DNA of 64,000 bases from an uncultured Candidatus Binatia bacterium (GTDB lineage: Bacteria > Desulfobacterota > Binatia > Bin18): assembly GCA_965200965.1 (NCBI GenBank), contig OZ241744.1:160001-224000 (forward strand), read 5' to 3'. The stretch's first letter is position 1; each line of letters opens with the position of its first letter. A program made the translations under genes and the position numbers. Below are positions 60,166 to 64,000 of the stretch, piece by piece. The notes beneath the pieces are model-generated. The model ran no database searches and was not told the origin of the DNA. It worked only from the letters and a program-made list of their open reading frames with translations.

Positions 60166-62004
60166 GTGAACAAGGTTTCACACAATCTCGCTTTATGGCT
60201 GGTATTGGGGCTCATGATTCTCCTGCTGTTTAATTTATTCAGCCGCCAGCAGCCCCGGCGGCCCGAGGTCGTGTTCAGCGATTTCTTTGCCTACCTCAAA
60301 AACGGGGATGTCTCCGAAGTCACCATACAGGGACAGACGATTCACGGTCGCTTCAAGGACGCCCAAGGCTTTAAGACCTATGCGCCGCGGTATTATCCCG
60401 ACTTGATGAGTACGCTGCACGAGCAGGGGGTGCGGATTACCGTCCGGCCCGAGGAGGGCGACCCGTGGTACGTCGCCGTCTTAGTCCAGTGGTTTCCGAT
60501 GCTGCTCCTCATCGGTGTCTGGGTGTTCTTCATGCGCCAGATGCAGATGGGCGGGGGCAAGGCCATGTCGTTTGGCAAGAGCCGGGCCAAGGTGCTGACT
60601 GAGAATCAGCAAAAAGTCACTTTCAGTGATGTTGCGGGTATCGAAGAGGCCAAACAAGAACTGGAAGAGATCATCGCCTTTCTGAAAGATCCCAAAAAGT
60701 TTACCCGCCTGGGCGGTCGTATTCCCAAGGGCGTGTTGCTGGTTGGTGCACCGGGAACCGGAAAAACGCTGTTGGCCCGGGCCATTGCCGGCGAGGCCGG
60801 GGTTCCATTCTTCTCGATCAGCGGCTCAGATTTTGTCGAGATGTTTGTCGGGGTCGGTGCCTCCCGTGTCCGCGACCTGTTTATCCAGGGCAAAAAGCAG
60901 GCCCCCTGCCTCATCTTCATTGACGAGATCGATGCGGTTGGACGCCACCGTGGGGCGGGGCTGGGCGGCGGCCACGACGAACGCGAACAGACGCTGAACC
61001 AACTCCTGGTCGAAATGGACGGGTTCGAGGCTAGTGAGGGGGTCATTCTTATCGCCGCCACCAATCGGCCCGATGTCCTTGACCCGGCCCTGCTGCGGCC
61101 GGGGCGGTTTGATCGGCGGGTGGTTGTGCCCCGTCCGGATGTCCGCGGCCGCGAAGAGATTCTGCGTGTCCACAGCCGCCATGTGCCAACCGACGAGAGC
61201 GTTGATGTCGAAACTCTAGCCCGTGCAACGCCGGGTTTCTCCGGGGCCGATCTTGAGAATCTGGTCAACGAGGCCGCCCTGCTGGCCGCCCGCCAAAACA
61301 AAGAAAAAGTCAGCATGGAAGACTTTGAGTTGTCCAAAGACAAGGTCTTGATGGGAGCCGAGCGGCGCAGTCTGATCCTGATGTCTGAAGAGAAACGCAA
61401 CACTGCCTATCACGAGGCGGGCCATGCGCTCGTCGCCGGACTCACCCCGGGCACCGATCCGGTCCACAAGGTCTCGATTATCCCGCGTGGCATGGCGCTC
61501 GGCGTGACCCAGCAGGTCCCGGTCGACGACCGTCATACCTTCTCCAAAGAGTATGTGCTCAAGCGTCTGGCGGTTATGTTCGGCGGTCGAGTGGCGGAAG
61601 AACTCGTGCTCGGTCATACCACAACCGGCGCGGGTGACGACATCGAGAAAGCGACCGAACTAGCCCGTCGTATGGTGTGTGAATGGGGTATGAGCGAAAA
61701 GCTCGGTCCGATGACGTTTGGGAAAAAAGATGAGCAGATTTTTCTGGGCCGTGATTTCACCCAGATGAAAGAATACTCTGAACAGACAGCGATTGAGATT
61801 GATACTGAGATCCGGCGGATCATCATGAACGCCTATGAGCGGGCCAAGGTACTGTTGCAGACCAATATTGAGGTCTTGCACAAGATGGCCGAGCAACTCC
61901 TGGAGAAAGAAGTCCTGGACGGAGCCGAGATCGCCGAGATGATTAAACTCTTCAGCAAAGATCCAAACGCGGTGAGCGGTCCACCGGCATCAGCCGAGGA
62001 CTAG
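60166..62004 (+). CDS. ftsH: ATP-dependent zinc metalloprotease FtsH
   Basis: Two TM helices, [17 protein letters not shown] region, HEAGH; GTG after AAGGA. Confidence 0.98.
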   Translation: MNKVSHNLALWLVLGLMILLLFNLFSRQQPRRPEVVFSDFFAYLKNGDVSEVTIQGQTIHGRFKDAQGFKTYAPRYYPDLMSTLHEQGVRITVRPEEGDPWYVAVLVQWFPMLLLIGVWVFFMRQMQMGGGKAMSFGKSRAKVLTENQQKVTFSDVAGIEEAKQELEEIIAFLKDPKKFTRLGGRIPKGVLLVGAPGTGKTLLARAIAGEAGVPFFSISGSDFVEMFVGVGASRVRDLFIQGKKQAPCLIFIDEIDAVGRHRGAGLGGGHDEREQTLNQLLVEMDGFEASEGVILIAATNRPDVLDPALLRPGRFDRRVVVPRPDVRGREEILRVHSRHVPTDESVDVETLARATPGFSGADLENLVNEAALLAARQNKEKVSMEDFELSKDKVLMGAERRSLILMSEEKRNTAYHEAGHALVAGLTPGTDPVHKVSIIPRGMALGVTQQVPVDDRHTFSKEYVLKRLAVMFGGRVAEELVLGHTTTGAGDDIEKATELARRMVCEWGMSEKLGPMTFGKKDEQIFLGRDFTQMKEYSEQTAIEIDTEIRRIIMNAYERAKVLLQTNIEVLHKMAEQLLEKEVLDGAEIAEMIKLFSKDPNAVSGPPASAED

Positions 62005-62146
62005 TCCGAAAGCTAAGGCCACCCATGCCGCACATCGTCCGTCTTGGCCACCGGCGCTCGGCCACTCTCCTCGGCGGATGCCCCCGCCTCAGCCGACAAA
62101 CGCCGTCCCTGTCCGAGCGGGGTGTGGGAGCAGCAGCCTAAGCTCC

Positions 62147-62902
62147 ATGTCCGATCTCTTCATTCAACTGCGCTGGCAAGACCTCCTTGACGTCGTCCTC
62201 ATTGCCTGTGGGGTATACTGGATCATCCACCTGATCCGAGGGACTCGGGCAGTGCAGATGTTGGTCGGCCTCGTTTTCCTGTTTCTAACCTATCTCGGCT
62301 CTCAGGTTCTGGAGTTGTACACCTTGAACTGGATGCTGGACAACTTCCTCGGCTCTATCCTGCTCGTTATTGTTGTGCTGTTTCAGAACGATATCCGTCG
62401 GGCCTTGACCGAGATGGGGCGCGGGTCCTTGCTCGGGGCACATACCCGAAGCACATATGCCTCGGTTGTTGAGGAGGTGAGCCGGGCTGCGGTTTCGCTG
62501 GCCTCAAAACGGATTGGGGCGTTGATTGTCCTGGAGCGAGCCGTCGGGCTCAACGAGTACATCGGGGGCGGTACCCCGCTTGATGCCCAGGTGAGTAAAG
62601 AACTGCTGGGGAGTATTTTTCTGACCGCCTCACCGATTCATGACGGAGCGGTTGTCATTCAGGCCGGGCGGATTACCGCCGCGGGATGTTTTTTGCCGCT
62701 GACTGTCAATCTCGGCGTGAGTAAAAACCTCGGCGCTCGCCATCGGGCGGCAATCGGGCTGACCGAGGAAACCGATGCGGTTGTTGTGATAGTATCGGAA
62801 GAGGAGGGGGCGGTGGCATTGGTGCGGGAAGGGCGGATCGAACCTGACTTAGATGTCGGCACCCTTCGCGCCTCGCTCCTGCAGTTTTTTGTCCATGCTT
62901 GA
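62147..62902 (+). CDS. cdaA: Diadenylate cyclase CdaA
   Basis: Three TM helices, PIHDGA and RHRAA DAC motifs. Confidence 0.95.
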   Translation: MSDLFIQLRWQDLLDVVLIACGVYWIIHLIRGTRAVQMLVGLVFLFLTYLGSQVLELYTLNWMLDNFLGSILLVIVVLFQNDIRRALTEMGRGSLLGAHTRSTYASVVEEVSRAAVSLASKRIGALIVLERAVGLNEYIGGGTPLDAQVSKELLGSIFLTASPIHDGAVVIQAGRITAAGCFLPLTVNLGVSKNLGARHRAAIGLTEETDAVVVIVSEEEGAVALVREGRIEPDLDVGTLRASLLQFFVHA

Positions 62903-63908
62903 ATACGGCTTCCACCTCCTGGGGCGGGTCATCTTTCGGAACATCTTCGCCAAAGTGTTCTCTATAGTCTTTGCCGCCGGATTGTGGCTGATGGTGAATG
63001 CTGGAGAGCGGGATACCGAAAAGTCGCTGACCGTTCCGCTCGAATGGCGGAATCTGCCATCCCACCTGGTCGTAACCGGAGCCGAGGTTGATTCGGTCGA
63101 TGTCCAAGTCCTCGGACCGCGCACCCTGTTGGGTTTACTCAACCAACCTAAGATTGTGCTGGATCTGACCGGGATGCGTCCCGGTCAGTCGTCTTTCCGG
63201 ATTGGGGCCGAGCGGCTCAGTTTGCCGCGCGGGGTGCGGCTGGTGCGGATCAGTCCGTCTCAGATCAACCTCGATATTACCCGGATTGAGACGCGCACCG
63301 TGCCGGTCCATCTTGAGGTACAAGGCGAGCCAGCCTCGGGCTATCAAGCCGGCGAGATGGAACTCGTGCCCGACACTGTCGAGGTCACCGGTCCAGCTCC
63401 TGCTGTGGCCCGTCTGGAGTCGGTGCTGACCGAGCCTCTGCAGCTGAGTCGGCTGACCCAATCAACGACGCTTGATCTCGATTTGATACAGCCACAGGAT
63501 GAGCTGTTGTCCTACAACTTGGCGCAGGTTCGCGTTCGGGTTGAGATTCAGGACGTGATGATCTCGCGCGCCTTCCAGCAGATCGCGTTGACCGTGCGCA
63601 ATACGGACTTCCTTGCCGCGCTGTCTCCGACCACGGTCGATGTTGTTGCACGCGGCCCGCAGCGGGTGCTGGAACAGCTCCAGTTGAGTGAGCAGGAGGT
63701 CTTTATTGATGCGGCCGGACACGAGCCAGGCACGGCACCAGTCGCCATAACGGTGCTGGTGCCACCGGGGGTGGAGATTGTCTCCCAAGAGCCGAGAGAG
63801 GTGTCTCTAACCCTGACGAACGGGCGAGCCGCTCAGCCGGGTGAAGAAGACCCGGACGCTGGAGAGCATCCCGCCGGGGCGGGCGAACAGGAACAGCCAC
63901 CAAAGTGA
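62895..63908 (+). CDS. cdaR: CdaR/YbbR-like regulator
   Basis: N-terminal TM then three YbbR-like repeats (V.V.GP); overlaps cdaA. Confidence 0.85.
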   Translation: MLEYGFHLLGRVIFRNIFAKVFSIVFAAGLWLMVNAGERDTEKSLTVPLEWRNLPSHLVVTGAEVDSVDVQVLGPRTLLGLLNQPKIVLDLTGMRPGQSSFRIGAERLSLPRGVRLVRISPSQINLDITRIETRTVPVHLEVQGEPASGYQAGEMELVPDTVEVTGPAPAVARLESVLTEPLQLSRLTQSTTLDLDLIQPQDELLSYNLAQVRVRVEIQDVMISRAFQQIALTVRNTDFLAALSPTTVDVVARGPQRVLEQLQLSEQEVFIDAAGHEPGTAPVAITVLVPPGVEIVSQEPREVSLTLTNGRAAQPGEEDPDAGEHPAGAGEQEQPPK

Positions 63909-64000
63909 ATGATGATGACTACCTCATCAGGAAGAGAGCATCGTTCACTTTGCACAGGTACGAGCGAGAGGGGCGGGCCTATGACAGACAATAGCAATGG

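Noticed and set aside
63981-64000. Start of glmM at the window end
   Set aside because: Only six codons are visible; synteny alone is insufficient

Overview
GC-rich bacterial chromosomal window, mostly housekeeping and metabolic genes. It carries an isobutyryl-CoA-mutase-like icmAB pair, dnaB, ntrB-ntrC-thiE, groES-groEL, a sulfate-assimilation cluster with a divergent Rrf2 regulator, class III phaEC, a circularly permuted ATP-grasp/alpha-E plus transglutaminase pair, F420 genes (cofGHDE, npdG), tilS-ftsH-cdaA-cdaR, and two tRNAs (Ser-CGA, Met-CAT). The gene content suggests a Deltaproteobacteria-like, possibly Binatia-type and host-associated, organism; this is inference only. Several signals are hidden from the ORF track. 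(1) A ~1.8 kb minus-strand gene (6851-8642) is split by about six single-base indels. It rebuilds to a ~597-aa Cas12m-like/large TnpB RuvC protein with an apparently intact D-E-D triad, no CRISPR array or transposase nearby, and a structured putative guide-RNA region at its 3' end. (2) A glutathione S-transferase has an in-frame UGA at its active-site position followed by a SECIS-like hairpin, so it is probably a selenoprotein. (3) A large LRR surface protein has its signal peptide put out of frame by a C15 tract, suggesting phase variation. Smaller signals include a sigma54/NtrC-like promoter before phaEC, paired Rrf2 boxes, a dndC remnant and several small ORFs or gene remnants. All calls were made by eye; no searches were run.
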